Shown here: positions 23,640 to 34,086 of the stretch, piece after piece | Position numbering within the stretch: the stretch's first letter is position 1 | Layout of the letters: each line of letters begins with the position of its first letter | From: an uncultured Methanosarcinales archaeon | Lineage (GTDB): Archaea; Nanobdellota; Nanobdellia; Woesearchaeales; DSVV01 | Direction of reading: 5' to 3' | DNA: 64,000 nucleotides | Assembly: GCA_964593285.1 (NCBI GenBank) | Contig: CAZQHZ010000005.1 | Coordinates: 1 to 64,000 of the forward strand | Made by a program: the position numbers and the translations under genes | The notes under the pieces: generated by a model | What the model saw: the letters and a program-made list of their open reading frames with translations, nothing else | Database searches by the model: none | Told to the model about the DNA's origin: nothing

Positions 23640-24311
23640 ATAATAAAAATATATTATTATAACTATTAAAAAAGACAAAATTATTGTAATTAAAATAGTA
23701 ACTATTAATTGAGTTAAAAAACCAAGTATATAAATTGATAAAATTGATTTAACTATACTTATATCTTGTAATTTTGCTAAATAAATTATTCGTAAATAAG
23801 TTTGATAAATTGATAAGACTATAAATATTACTAAAAGAATTATTAAAAAAATCCATAAAAAAATATTTTTTGAAATAATTGTAAATGGAAAAATTATTAT
23901 TAATAATAAAAATATTGGTGCAGATAAATATTCTGGTGTTAATGAATAAACCATTGCTTTATATGTTTGATAGTAATCAAATTTACCATTAAATAAAATC
24001 ACAAATAAATGAACTATGTAATATCTAAAAAAAGTTAATAATAAAAAAGAAATAATAAATATAATATAAAAAATGATGTAAGTATAAATATTGATATTTA
24101 TTAAATCTAAATTAAGATTAAAAATATTTTGAGTTTCTAACAAAAAAAGATTAATTTGATTTAAATAGTAATATGTTAAAAAAATAAAGATAAAAATACT
24201 AAGAAAAGTTATGTATTTTATTTGATTTTTATATCCTTTATCTTTTTTTATTTTTTTTAAAAATAAATTTGGTTTTAATAAAATTTCTTTTACTATCTTA
24301 TTTATTTTCAT
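23628..24311 (-). CDS. Yip1-domain membrane protein
   Basis: Five TM segments; LLKPNLF start and G...QTYKAMVYSLTP pattern. Confidence 0.7.
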   Translation of the reverse strand: MKINKIVKEILLKPNLFLKKIKKDKGYKNQIKYITFLSIFIFIFLTYYYLNQINLFLLETQNIFNLNLDLININIYTYIIFYIIFIISFLLLTFFRYYIVHLFVILFNGKFDYYQTYKAMVYSLTPEYLSAPIFLLLIIIFPFTIISKNIFLWIFLIILLVIFIVLSIYQTYLRIIYLAKLQDISIVKSILSIYILGFLTQLIVTILITIILSFLIVIIIYFYYLFF

Positions 24312-24633
24312 TCTTTTTAATTTTATCTAAATATTCTTTAACTCTTTTAGAATTTGTGGGTTTTGCATTTTTTCCAAGTTTATAATATATTTTTTCAACA
24401 CTACTTCCCCAAGAATAATCACCTTTTTCTTGCTTTATTTTTTTTATTTCAAATTCTTCTAGTAATACTCCTTTTTTTAAATGGTAATATATAGATTTAC
24501 TAGTACATTTTGGAAATATTTGTAGATATATTTTATGAATATCATAGCCATATCCTTCTTTAATAAAAAACAAAATATCAATTATATTTTGTCTTATTTG
24601 TGATTTTAATGGTCGTCCTTTTCTTTTTTCCAT
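24298..24633 (-). CDS. Conserved winged-helix hypothetical protein
   Basis: GRP..SQIRQNI, SIYYHLKKG and GDYSWG..EKIYY. Confidence 0.75.
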   Translation of the reverse strand: MEKRKGRPLKSQIRQNIIDILFFIKEGYGYDIHKIYLQIFPKCTSKSIYYHLKKGVLLEEFEIKKIKQEKGDYSWGSSVEKIYYKLGKNAKPTNSKRVKEYLDKIKKNENK

Positions 24634-24863
24634 TTTTTATCAATTAATATTATCTATAAATATATCTATTTATTATTTTTATTTAAATATTGTTATTTTT
24701 TTACTTGAAAATAAAATTAAATTATTTTATTTAGAAATTAAACAAATTTTATCTTTTTACCAATTAGTTTTAAAAATTGATTTAAAAATTTTCAAAGCAA
24801 ATATTTTTATCATATAGTAATTTGAATTTAAAGAAATAAATAAATTTTTATTTTCTTAATAAA

Positions 24864-25217
24864 TTAACAACAATACAAATTAACAGAATCCCCTGATGTT
24901 TGATAATCAAGAAGTTTAGTAGAACCTAAACAGCAAGTATAACTATTTCTTATATTTATATATCCACTCCATGTACATTCATAAAATGAAATACAACTTG
25001 GATGAAAATCACGAAAACTTGTCCATTCAAATCCATCTTTTACTGGAACAAAAATATCATACCCGCAATTATTTACAACTCTTGCATCTAAACTATGTTT
25101 TTCAATAATCTGATAATTATTATTATCAATTCGATAATAATCTGCACCATAAACTGACATAATAAAAGATATAAAATAGAATACAATAATTAATATTATT
25201 AAATTTCTTTTAATCAT
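24864..25217 (-). CDS. Small secreted Cys-rich protein
   Basis: Signal peptide; seven Cys, including two CC pairs. Confidence 0.7.
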   Translation of the reverse strand: MIKRNLIILIIVFYFISFIMSVYGADYYRIDNNNYQIIEKHSLDARVVNNCGYDIFVPVKDGFEWTSFRDFHPSCISFYECTWSGYINIRNSYTCCLGSTKLLDYQTSGDSVNLYCC

Positions 25218-25300
25218 TTTAATAATTTATTTAAACATATATTTAAATTTTACTCAAAAAAACAAATTTATTTTAAAATAAATAGCAAAATAATAAATTT

Positions 25301-26257
25301 TTATAAATTATTGAAAAATAATTCAATTAATTCTTCTTTATTTTTAGAAAAACCAATTAATTCTCTTTTTTTTGGGCCAAGTGCCGCTCTTTTTGCAAAC
25401 CATAAAGCATGTGTTTTTAATTCAGCAAAACTTTTCTTTGACTCATATTTACTATGGTAGTTTATGAATTTTTCAAAAATATCCACGGGATTTTTTATTT
25501 CTATATCGCTTTTAGTATGTTTTTTATAACATCTTGCAAAAATTGATGGATCGCCCATAGCACGCCTCCCAATCATTACACCATCAACATTTATTTTTTT
25601 AAGCATTTCAATTGCTTTACTAGAATTATTAACATCCCCATTACCAATTACTGGAATTTTTAATTTTTCTTTAACTTGTTTTAACACTGTCCAATTAGCT
25701 TTTCCAGAATATTTTTGCTTTAGTGTTCTTCCATGAATTGCAATTGCTTTTATCCCTGATTCTTCTAAAATAATTGCATTTTTTACTGCATTTATATTTT
25801 GATCATTTATTCCAATTCTAATTTTTGCAGTTACTGGTTTATTTATTTTTTTAATAACTGCATTTACTATTTCTTTCATTAAACCTGGTTGATTTAATAA
25901 ATATGCACCAGAATTGTTAATTTTCATATTTTCATCAGGACATCCAAAATTAATATCAATGATATCTGCAATTTCTTGAATTAAAACTGCAGCTTTTGCC
26001 ATTTTTTCTGGACAATTACCAACTATTTGTATAGTAATTGGCCTTTCTTTTTCATTTATATTAAAAAAATCAAATAAAGCTTTTTTCCCTTCTTTTTCAT
26101 ATTTATTAATAATAAACTCACAATGATACATTTGTGTATAAATTAATCCCGCATAATTTTCTTTACAAAGTAACCTAAATGCTGCACAATTAACCCCTGC
26201 CATTGGAGCTAAAATAAATGGATTTGAAATTTTTATATTTCCTATATTAAATGACAT
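25301..26257 (-). CDS. dusB: tRNA-dihydrouridine synthase (DusB-like)
   Basis: LAPMAG, DINFGCP, TAKIRIG, IHGRT, NGDV and MIGR motifs. Confidence 0.93.
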   Translation of the reverse strand: MSFNIGNIKISNPFILAPMAGVNCAAFRLLCKENYAGLIYTQMYHCEFIINKYEKEGKKALFDFFNINEKERPITIQIVGNCPEKMAKAAVLIQEIADIIDINFGCPDENMKINNSGAYLLNQPGLMKEIVNAVIKKINKPVTAKIRIGINDQNINAVKNAIILEESGIKAIAIHGRTLKQKYSGKANWTVLKQVKEKLKIPVIGNGDVNNSSKAIEMLKKINVDGVMIGRRAMGDPSIFARCYKKHTKSDIEIKNPVDIFEKFINYHSKYESKKSFAELKTHALWFAKRAALGPKKRELIGFSKNKEELIELFFNNL

Positions 26258-26383
26258 AAAAATATAGATTTAATTAATCATTAAAAAAGATTATTAAAAA
26301 TTATGGATTAATGTAATAAAATTTTGTATCTAAAAACTTTAAAAATAAAAAATTATTAAAAGAAATTTTTATTTTTAGAAAAA

Positions 26384-27406
26384 ATGAATGACTTAAATTT
26401 TAATTTAAATGATTATGATTATAAATTGCCAAAAGAATTAATTGCAAATAAAGCAATAATTCCAAAAGATAATTCTAAATTATTAGTAATTAATAATGAT
26501 AAATTAAAACATAATAAATTTTATGAAATAATTAATTATTTTAAAAAAGATGATATATTAATTTTAAATAATACTAAAGTTTTAAAAAATAAATTATATG
26601 GTAAAAAAACTACTGGTGCAAATCTAGATATAATAATTGAAGATTGTGAAGATAATTATAAAAATATTTACAAATGCAGAGTTCAAACCAATTATCCAAA
26701 AATTGGTACAGTAATTAAATTTGAAAATAAATTAATTGGGAAAATAATTGATAGGGAAAATGATTTATTTTTAGTTGAATTTAATAAATCACCAAATAAT
26801 ACATTAAAAAAATTTGGAAAACTTCCAAATCCAAATTATATTAGAAAACAAATTGAAAATGAATCAGAATATCAAACAATGTATGCTAAAAAAATGGGAA
26901 GCTTTGCAGCTCCAACATCAGGGCTACATTTTACAAAAGAATTACTTGCAAAAATAAAAAATAAAGGTGTTAAAATTGTGTATATTACGCTTCATATATC
27001 TTTTGGTACATTTAAATTAATTAAAGAAGATAAACCAATAAGCGAACATATTATGGATGTTGAAAATTATTTTATTCCAAAAAAAACTGCTGAATTAATT
27101 AATAAAAGAAAGGGAAGAGTAATTATTTGTGGAACTACTGTATTTAAAGCACTTGAATCTTCTTCTAATAAATATGGAATTATAAAAAATGGCTATAATG
27201 AATCTAATTTATTTATATATCCAGGGTATAAATTTAATTTTAAACCAGATTTAATGATTACAAATTTTCATCTGCCAAAATCAACATTAATTCTTTTTAT
27301 TAGTGCATACTTTGGAAAAGATGTTGTATTAAATGCATATAAAACTGCAGTAAAAGAGAAATATAGATTTTTTTCACTTGGAGATGCATGTTTGTTTATT
27401 AAATAA
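26384..27406 (+). CDS. queA: SAM:tRNA ribosyltransferase-isomerase
   Basis: YDYKLPKELIA, NNTKV, YQT.YA..GS.AAPTSGLHF, TNFHLPKSTL and YRFFSLGDA. Confidence 0.96.
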   Translation: MNDLNFNLNDYDYKLPKELIANKAIIPKDNSKLLVINNDKLKHNKFYEIINYFKKDDILILNNTKVLKNKLYGKKTTGANLDIIIEDCEDNYKNIYKCRVQTNYPKIGTVIKFENKLIGKIIDRENDLFLVEFNKSPNNTLKKFGKLPNPNYIRKQIENESEYQTMYAKKMGSFAAPTSGLHFTKELLAKIKNKGVKIVYITLHISFGTFKLIKEDKPISEHIMDVENYFIPKKTAELINKRKGRVIICGTTVFKALESSSNKYGIIKNGYNESNLFIYPGYKFNFKPDLMITNFHLPKSTLILFISAYFGKDVVLNAYKTAVKEKYRFFSLGDACLFIK

Positions 27407-27410
27407 TTTT

Positions 27411-27953
27411 TTATTTTTCTTTTTTACTAAATTTACAGCCACAATAATTTTGCCTATATAAACCAAAATCTTTACTTAATTTAACACTTTTATTAAACCC
27501 ATCATTTTTTTTAAAATCACTAACTAAAAAATCAATTTTATTTTGTATAGCTAAAACTTTGCCTATTTTGTTGATTATTTCTGAATTTTTATGTGGTGAA
27601 ATTGACAAAGTAGATCCAAATTCATTAATATTTAGTTCTTTTGCTTTTTTTATTGTTCTTTTTAATCTATAACTAATGCAAAAACTACACCTATTCCCAC
27701 CTTCTAAATCATTTTCATATCCTTTAATTTCATCAAGCCATGAATTATAATCATATTCATCAACATATAATTTCAAATCGTATTTTGCAGCAATTTTTTT
27801 TACATCAATTAACCTTTTATCAAATTCATCTTTTGGATAAATACAAGAATTAGTATAGTAAAGTTTTAAATTAAAATAATCTTTTAATCTTGTAATTACA
27901 TAAACGCCACATGAAGCACAACAAATATGAAGTAATAAGTCTTTTTTTTCCAT
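27411..27953 (-). CDS. queH: Epoxyqueuosine reductase QueH
   Basis: LLLHICCASC, EGGNRCSFC..RL, STLSISPHK and LYRQNYCGC.FS. Confidence 0.95.
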   Translation of the reverse strand: MEKKDLLLHICCASCGVYVITRLKDYFNLKLYYTNSCIYPKDEFDKRLIDVKKIAAKYDLKLYVDEYDYNSWLDEIKGYENDLEGGNRCSFCISYRLKRTIKKAKELNINEFGSTLSISPHKNSEIINKIGKVLAIQNKIDFLVSDFKKNDGFNKSVKLSKDFGLYRQNYCGCKFSKKEK

Positions 27954-28031
27954 TTTAAAAAAATGAATATTTATTAACTTAAAAAAATTTCTATTTTTAA
28001 TTATATTAAAATTAATATATTTAAAATAAAA

Positions 28032-28682
28032 ATGGCATTTACAAAAGATAAAATACCAAAAATATTAAATATACTAAAAAAAGAGTATACAGGTTTTACA
28101 ATGCTTTCTTCTTTTACAAATAAAACTGCTTTTCAAATATTAATTGCAACAGCACTTTCTGCAAGAACAAAAGATTCAACAACAATTAAAGTTGTAAAAA
28201 TTTTATTTAAGAAATATCCCAATGTTTATTCTTTATCAAAAGCCAATATAAAAGACGTTGAAAAAATAATCAAACAAACAGGTTTTTATAAAATAAAAGC
28301 TAAAAGAATTATTGATATTTCTAATTATTTAATTCAAAATTATAAAGGTATTGTACCAAAAACCATTGATGAATTAATAAAACTACCTGGTGTTGGGCGA
28401 AAAACTGCAGGATGTGTATTAGTATATGCTTTTAATATTGATGCAATTCCAGTTGATACACACGTTCATAGAATATCTAATAGAATTGGCATTGTTAAAA
28501 CAGAAAATCCAGAAAACACTGAAATTCAATTAACAAAAATAATTCCAAAAAAATATTGGAAAATATTAAATGAAGTTTTAGTTTTACATGGACAAAATAC
28601 ATGTTTTCCAGTAAGTCCTTATTGTACTAAATGTAAAATAGAAAAATATTGTAATAAAAATTTAATCAAAAAATTTAAATAA
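28032..28682 (+). CDS. nth: Endonuclease III
   Basis: HhH motif LPGVGRKTA, VDTHVHR and C-x6-C-x2-C-x5-C. Confidence 0.95.
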   Translation: MAFTKDKIPKILNILKKEYTGFTMLSSFTNKTAFQILIATALSARTKDSTTIKVVKILFKKYPNVYSLSKANIKDVEKIIKQTGFYKIKAKRIIDISNYLIQNYKGIVPKTIDELIKLPGVGRKTAGCVLVYAFNIDAIPVDTHVHRISNRIGIVKTENPENTEIQLTKIIPKKYWKILNEVLVLHGQNTCFPVSPYCTKCKIEKYCNKNLIKKFK

Positions 28683-28683
28683 A

Positions 28684-29118
28684 TTAACAGTCATTAAAAC
28701 TTTGTATTTTTATAGTTTGAATGCACTCTTCAATTTTACCTTGAACTTGATAAAATTTTGTAATTATTAATTCTTTTGGAGAGCCAAGTCTTTTTTTATC
28801 ATATGGTATTTTTATTATTTCTGCACTATAAGGTTCTATACTAATATCAAGATTATGATTTTTAACTTGATTTGCAATAACTGAAACTTTTATTTCTTCA
28901 AGAAAAAATTTATTATTCTTTAAAATAAATTCCATTGTTTGATCATTTTCATTATAACAAATACCTTCACCAAATTCATCAATGTTTACTTTTGCTTCAA
29001 AAGAAGCACAACTAACTTCAAATGGTTCAAGCTGTACAATTATTGTTGCAATTGATACTGCAAATGCTAACAAAAGAACTGTTGCTATTAGTGGACTTAC
29101 TGCTTTTTTATACATCAT
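28684..29118 (-). CDS. Type IV pilin-like protein (class III signal peptide)
   Basis: KKA|VSPLIATVLLLAFAV. Confidence 0.85.
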   Translation of the reverse strand: MMYKKAVSPLIATVLLLAFAVSIATIIVQLEPFEVSCASFEAKVNIDEFGEGICYNENDQTMEFILKNNKFFLEEIKVSVIANQVKNHNLDISIEPYSAEIIKIPYDKKRLGSPKELIITKFYQVQGKIEECIQTIKIQSFNDC

Positions 29119-29214
29119 TTTAATTAATATTATAACAGTTATTTAAATTTTACTTTTTTTAAATACTTAAAACAAATATAATATGATAAAAATTAAGAAA
29201 AATTATAAAATAAA

Positions 29215-29421
29215 TTATTTAATTATTTCATTCATTTCAGCTAACATTTCATCAATTTTTTTATCATCAAAACCATGGGCTTTTGCACCCTGTTCAATAT
29301 TTTCAAATCTTGCTGCAGCACAGCCAACACAGCCCATCCCATATTTTGCAAAAACTTGTGCAGATTCTGGATGGTTTTGAACTACTTCTATAATACTCAT
29401 ATCTTTTTTTATTTCACTCAT
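29215..29421 (-). CDS. DUF1858 domain protein
   Basis: EVVQNHPE...GMGCVGC...E.IEQGAKAHG; SD AGGTGA. Confidence 0.88.
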   Translation of the reverse strand: MSEIKKDMSIIEVVQNHPESAQVFAKYGMGCVGCAAARFENIEQGAKAHGFDDKKIDEMLAEMNEIIK

Positions 29422-29548
29422 ATTAAATCACCTTTATTATTCTAAAAAAGCTAATTATTTTTAAATTTTGTCAATTAAAAAACATCGAATAAAGAGATTT
29501 AAAAAAAAAATCAAAATATATTTAAAGTAATTAATTTATGTTCATTTT

Positions 29549-30268
29549 ATGGGCGATTTTTTATTTAGATTAAGGGATTTTTTTAGATATAGTAATAGAG
29601 AATTAAAAGATTTATTTATAACTATTTTAATAGTTACATTTGCCTTTGCATATGATGATAAAAATGAAATTTTTGTTTTAGATTATTGGATTTTTAATTT
29701 TATAAAAATATTTTTTCTTGTTTTAATAAGTTTTTTTGTTTATACTTCCTTTCAAAAAATGTCTGCTTTAAGTCAAGGTTTTATTGCTGAATATAGAGCA
29801 TGGTCTGTTGGGTTAGCAATTACATTTATTTTTACAATTTTAACACAAGGTAAATTATATTTACTTTTAATGGGTGGACTTGTATTGTATCATGTTTCAA
29901 TATTAAGGCTTGGAAAATTTAGATATGGAGAAAATATAAATTCAAGAGGACTTATTGCAGCTTCTGGAGCCATTGGAAATTTAGTTTTAGCAACATTTTC
30001 ACTTGCAATGTCTGCTCAATTAAATATTATGCCTGAACTTTTCAATTTACTTGCAGTAATTAATTTTTGGCTAATGATTTATAGTCTACTTCCAATACCA
30101 AAACATGATGGAATACATTTATTTTTTATGTCAAGATTAACTTACGTATTTATATTTTCAACACTTTTAGCATATGTTTTATTGACAAGATTTGAGATTT
30201 ATTCATGGATTTTTTCATTACTAATTGGAACTACTTGTTGGTTTTTATATTATGCATATTTAGAATAA
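29549..30268 (+). CDS. Site-2 protease (M50)-like membrane protein, HExxH degenerate
   Basis: GFIAEYRAW, IAASG..GNL and SLLPIPKHDG are present; YTSFQK occupies the HExxH position. Confidence 0.7.
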   Translation: MGDFLFRLRDFFRYSNRELKDLFITILIVTFAFAYDDKNEIFVLDYWIFNFIKIFFLVLISFFVYTSFQKMSALSQGFIAEYRAWSVGLAITFIFTILTQGKLYLLLMGGLVLYHVSILRLGKFRYGENINSRGLIAASGAIGNLVLATFSLAMSAQLNIMPELFNLLAVINFWLMIYSLLPIPKHDGIHLFFMSRLTYVFIFSTLLAYVLLTRFEIYSWIFSLLIGTTCWFLYYAYLE

Positions 30269-30277
30269 GGTTAAAAA

Positions 30278-30625
30278 ATGAGATTAATAAAAAATAAAAA
30301 AGGATTAACATTTAAAAACGATTGGGTAGAGATATTTAGTATTTATTTAATATTACTTGGTTTAATTATTTCATTAATTATCGATTCTGCAATTGTTGCA
30401 TATATAATAATTTTAACATGTGGCTTTATTATTGGAAAATATTATTTAACAAAAAAAATACTAAGAAATTTTACTTTTTTTTTATTGGTTCTTGGTTTTT
30501 ATATAGGTTTTATTTTAGGTGTTTATTTTTTAAATAATAGAGGAAGCATAATATTTATAACAATTAGCTTTTTAATTGGTATTTTTTTGGGCTATAAATT
30601 ACATAAAAAAAGGTTCTTTTTATAA
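30278..30625 (+). CDS. Small membrane protein
   Basis: Four hydrophobic segments; operonic with the upstream gene. Confidence 0.75.
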   Translation: MRLIKNKKGLTFKNDWVEIFSIYLILLGLIISLIIDSAIVAYIIILTCGFIIGKYYLTKKILRNFTFFLLVLGFYIGFILGVYFLNNRGSIIFITISFLIGIFLGYKLHKKRFFL

Positions 30626-30676
30626 TAAAATAATTTTAAAATATAATATAAAATTTTCAAATAACTTGATTAAAAT

Positions 30677-30832
30677 TTATTTTTGTATTTCTTTTTTTAT
30701 TTCTTCAAATTGTGTGTTTAATTGAGCAATAATTTCTTTAAATATTTTCATGTTATGCATCAATGTTTTTTCTTTTTCTTTTAGTGCTTTAATTTCTTCT
30801 TTTAAAGCTTTTATTTTTTTTTCTTTATTCAT
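30677..30832 (-). CDS. 51-aa coiled-coil protein (not in ORF track)
   Basis: MNKEKKIKALKEEIKALKEKEKTLMHNMKIFKEIIAQLNTQFEEIKKEIQK; ATGA overlap with the upstream stop. Confidence 0.7.
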   Translation of the reverse strand: MNKEKKIKALKEEIKALKEKEKTLMHNMKIFKEIIAQLNTQFEEIKKEIQK

Positions 30833-32085
30833 TTGAATCTATTTTTTAAATTTGTTTGATCTAAATAGTTATTTGATTTAATAACGAAATTATTAATGTC
30901 ATTGTTCATTTTATTCATATCATTTTCTATGTTAATAAAGTTTGTTTTAATATTTTTTAAATCTTTTTTTATTTTATTTAGATTTTGCTCGTTTATTTTA
31001 AAATAAAAATAAATAAACAAACTAATTATTAAAAAAATAAAAAAAATTATCAATAAAATATTAAATCTTTTTACAACTTCAATATGAATTATTTTTTCTT
31101 TTGTATTTTCAAGTTTAAGTCCGCTGTTTATTGTAATTATTAATTCATATTTACCTAAACTTAAATTTTCTGTTTCAATAATTAATGGAATTAATTCTTT
31201 TTCATTATTAATTTGCCCTTCTAAACTATTTTTTATATCTGTATTTTTTATATAATAATCTATTTTATAAAAAGAAACTTCGTTGTTTTTATTTTCTATT
31301 TCTATTTCAGTATTTAAGTTTTTTCCTCTAACAATTTTAAGATCAATTGATTCTTCATTTAAACTATTTAATATAAAATTTTTTGAAATTGTTTTTGTTG
31401 AATAATTATCATAATTTAGTTTAGCTTCAACATTATAACTACCAGATTCTAAATTCACTGGGTCATAAATTAAACTGATATTTAATTTTTCATCAGGATT
31501 TATTTGAATAGATGTTTTATTCCCAATATTATCAATTAAAATATCATCTTTAAATAATAAAACATCAATAATTGGACTAATAATTACATTCCCTTTATTT
31601 TCAATTTCTAAATCAAACAAAATTGGATTCTTGTTATTTAATACATTGATATTCAAATCATTTAATAATAATTGTTTTTCTTGCAATCCATCTATTTCAA
31701 AAAATATTCTAAATTTTGAAATTAAATTATTATGTGAATTAAAATTAATATATACATTATGTAATTGTGGTGTAATATTTTTTGGTATTTTTAATTTTAC
31801 TTCGATATTTTCACGCTCATTTGGTTCTAAAAAAATACTCTCTTTATTTATCGTAATATCTTCTTTTAGGTAATTTGATTCATTTGAAAGTTTTATTTTT
31901 ATTTCTTGTCCAATTGATTTTGTATTAATTAAAGTAATAATTGTTGAATATTCATTTTCTATTTTTGGGTTTTTTATATTATAATCTATTGGATTTATTG
32001 TTAGTGAATAGCAAAAAGATGAAAAGAAAACTAATAAAAATAGAATACTTACTAATTTAATCTGTTTATTTATTATCAAATTCAA
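30829..32085 (-). CDS. Surface protein with Ig-like domains, C-terminal TM and cytoplasmic coiled coil
   Basis: Signal peptide, ENKGNV, LESGSYNVEAKL and a TM near the C-terminus. Confidence 0.75.
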   Translation of the reverse strand: MNLIINKQIKLVSILFLLVFFSSFCYSLTINPIDYNIKNPKIENEYSTIITLINTKSIGQEIKIKLSNESNYLKEDITINKESIFLEPNERENIEVKLKIPKNITPQLHNVYINFNSHNNLISKFRIFFEIDGLQEKQLLLNDLNINVLNNKNPILFDLEIENKGNVIISPIIDVLLFKDDILIDNIGNKTSIQINPDEKLNISLIYDPVNLESGSYNVEAKLNYDNYSTKTISKNFILNSLNEESIDLKIVRGKNLNTEIEIENKNNEVSFYKIDYYIKNTDIKNSLEGQINNEKELIPLIIETENLSLGKYELIITINSGLKLENTKEKIIHIEVVKRFNILLIIFFIFLIISLFIYFYFKINEQNLNKIKKDLKNIKTNFINIENDMNKMNNDINNFVIKSNNYLDQTNLKNRFK

Positions 32086-32274
32086 TTTAACTCGTTTTTA
32101 TTAGTATATTTACAAAGTAGGTATATAAATATTTTTTACTACTTTAATATAAGAATATTAAAATTGATGAAATTAAATTTTTTAAGTTTTAATTTTAGAT
32201 ATATTTTTAAATAGAATATTATTACTTTTTTTTAATAAAATATTTTTTACTTGTAAAATAACGAGGTAAGTTAA

Positions 32275-33414
32275 ATGATTATTGGTACCATTAAAGAAAT
32301 AAAAAATAATGAGAATAGAGTTGCTTTAACACCTGAAAATGTAAAAAAACTTGTATTACTAAATAACGAAGTTTTAATTGAAAAAAATGCAGGAATTGGT
32401 TCTGGATTTACTAATAAAGAGTATGAAGAAAATGGAGCTAAAATATTAAAGGATCCAAAAGAAATTGTTTCAAAAATTGATTTATTAGTTAAAGTTAAAG
32501 AACCAATTGAAGAAGAATATTACTTACTTGATATTATGAAAAATAAAACATTATTTACATATTTACACCTAGCTGCTGCACCAAAAGAATTAACTTTAAA
32601 GTTAATGGAAAATAAAATAACTGCAATTGCATATGAAACAGTAGAAGATGAATTCAAAAATTTACCTTTGTTAAAACCAATGTCTGAAGTTGCTGGTGTT
32701 TTGGCAGTTCAATATGGATGTCAATTTATGCAAAAAAAATATGGTGGTATTGGTAAAACACTTGGAAAAATAACCAACGCTGATTCTGCAAATGTTTTAA
32801 TTGTAGGTGGTGGAATTGTTGGCTCAAAATCTGCATTAACTGCAGCCGGTCTTGGATGCAATGTTACAATTCTTGAAATAAATAAAGAAAGAATAAATTC
32901 TTTAAAAAATGAATTTTTAAAATATTTAGGTGAAGAATTATTTTCAAATGTTAATTTTGTTGAGTCAAATACAATAAATATTTCAAAAGAGACAAAAAAA
33001 GCAGATTTATTAATTGGAGCAGTTTTAGTTAAAGGAGCAAAAGCACCAACAATTATTAATGAAGAACATCTAAATAATATGAAAAAAGGATGCGTTATTG
33101 TTGATGTTGCAATTGATCAAGGTGGTTGTATCTATGGATCAAAACCAACAACTCATGAAAAACCAATATATGAATTTAAAGATAAAATTTATTGTTGTAT
33201 CACAAATATGCCTGGACAAGTTTCAATGCAATCAACGCAAGCATTAAGTAATGTGGTATTTCCATATATTAAAAAAATGTCAGAAGATGGCATAATTGAA
33301 TTATTAAAAAAAGATATAAATTTTTTAAAAGGATTAAATGTTTATAATGGAAAATTAGTAAATGAACAAATTTCAGATGCACTTAATATAGAATATTCAA
33401 ATGTTATTTTTTAA
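32275..33414 (+). CDS. ald: Alanine dehydrogenase (AlaDH/PNT family)
   Basis: KEIKNNENRVALTP, KVKEP, FTYLHLAA, PMSEVAG and DVAIDQGGC. Confidence 0.96.
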   Translation: MIIGTIKEIKNNENRVALTPENVKKLVLLNNEVLIEKNAGIGSGFTNKEYEENGAKILKDPKEIVSKIDLLVKVKEPIEEEYYLLDIMKNKTLFTYLHLAAAPKELTLKLMENKITAIAYETVEDEFKNLPLLKPMSEVAGVLAVQYGCQFMQKKYGGIGKTLGKITNADSANVLIVGGGIVGSKSALTAAGLGCNVTILEINKERINSLKNEFLKYLGEELFSNVNFVESNTINISKETKKADLLIGAVLVKGAKAPTIINEEHLNNMKKGCVIVDVAIDQGGCIYGSKPTTHEKPIYEFKDKIYCCITNMPGQVSMQSTQALSNVVFPYIKKMSEDGIIELLKKDINFLKGLNVYNGKLVNEQISDALNIEYSNVIF

Positions 33415-33515
33415 AACTAATTTTACTACAAAAAAGTTAATCCAAATAAAAACATATGTTTTAAATTAAAAGCATACCCAAAAGTTTATATAATCGAAGT
33501 ATTTAATAAAATAAA

Positions 33516-33707
33516 ATGGGACAACAAGAAGTGTATAATTTTTTGAAGGATAATAAAAATAAATGGTTTACTTCAAAAGAAATCAGTGAAGCAACCAACG
33601 TTTCTATTGGTTCTGTTACTATGAGTCTAAAAAAATTAAGAAAAAGCCAGATGATTAAATATAAAAATACTGGTAAGCGAAATGAATTTTATTACATGTT
33701 TAAATAA
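33516..33707 (+). CDS. Small winged-HTH protein
   Basis: MGQQEVYNFLK...TSKEIS...SVTMSLKKLRK. Confidence 0.8.
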   Translation: MGQQEVYNFLKDNKNKWFTSKEISEATNVSIGSVTMSLKKLRKSQMIKYKNTGKRNEFYYMFK

Positions 33708-33760
33708 AATTTAATATTTCTTTTTTCATAATAAATATTAGAATTAAATTATAAAAAAAT

Positions 33761-33928
33761 TTTAGGATATAAATAAACCCTTTCTGATATAATTACATCT
33801 GGTGTACAAATTCTGTTAATGCTAAAGCTTTAATTCTTAAAATGAAATTTAATCTAACCATTTCATCTTCTTCAATAGTACAACAACTTTATAACAAATC
33901 TTTATTGCAAGTTGTTTTTGTAAATTCC
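33761..33928 (-). pseudogene. Decayed duplicate of the archaellin 3' end
   Basis: Aligns to 34087-34257 at about 80% by manual alignment, with indels and a lost stop codon. Confidence 0.88.
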
Positions 33929-34086
33929 AAATAGCGAGGTTCAAAAAAAAAACCTCAAGTTATTTGATAAATATAATAATTTATTAAAAATATCATGTAA
34001 GATAAAAAAGATTTTCTGAAACTGATTTTTCATATAGACAAATATTAGAATTAATTATAAATTAGAAAAAAAATAAATAAAAAAAT

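Noticed and set aside
33936..33956. GAGGTT/AACCTC mini-hairpin beside the archaellin relic
   Set aside because: A 6-bp stem only; insufficient evidence on its own.
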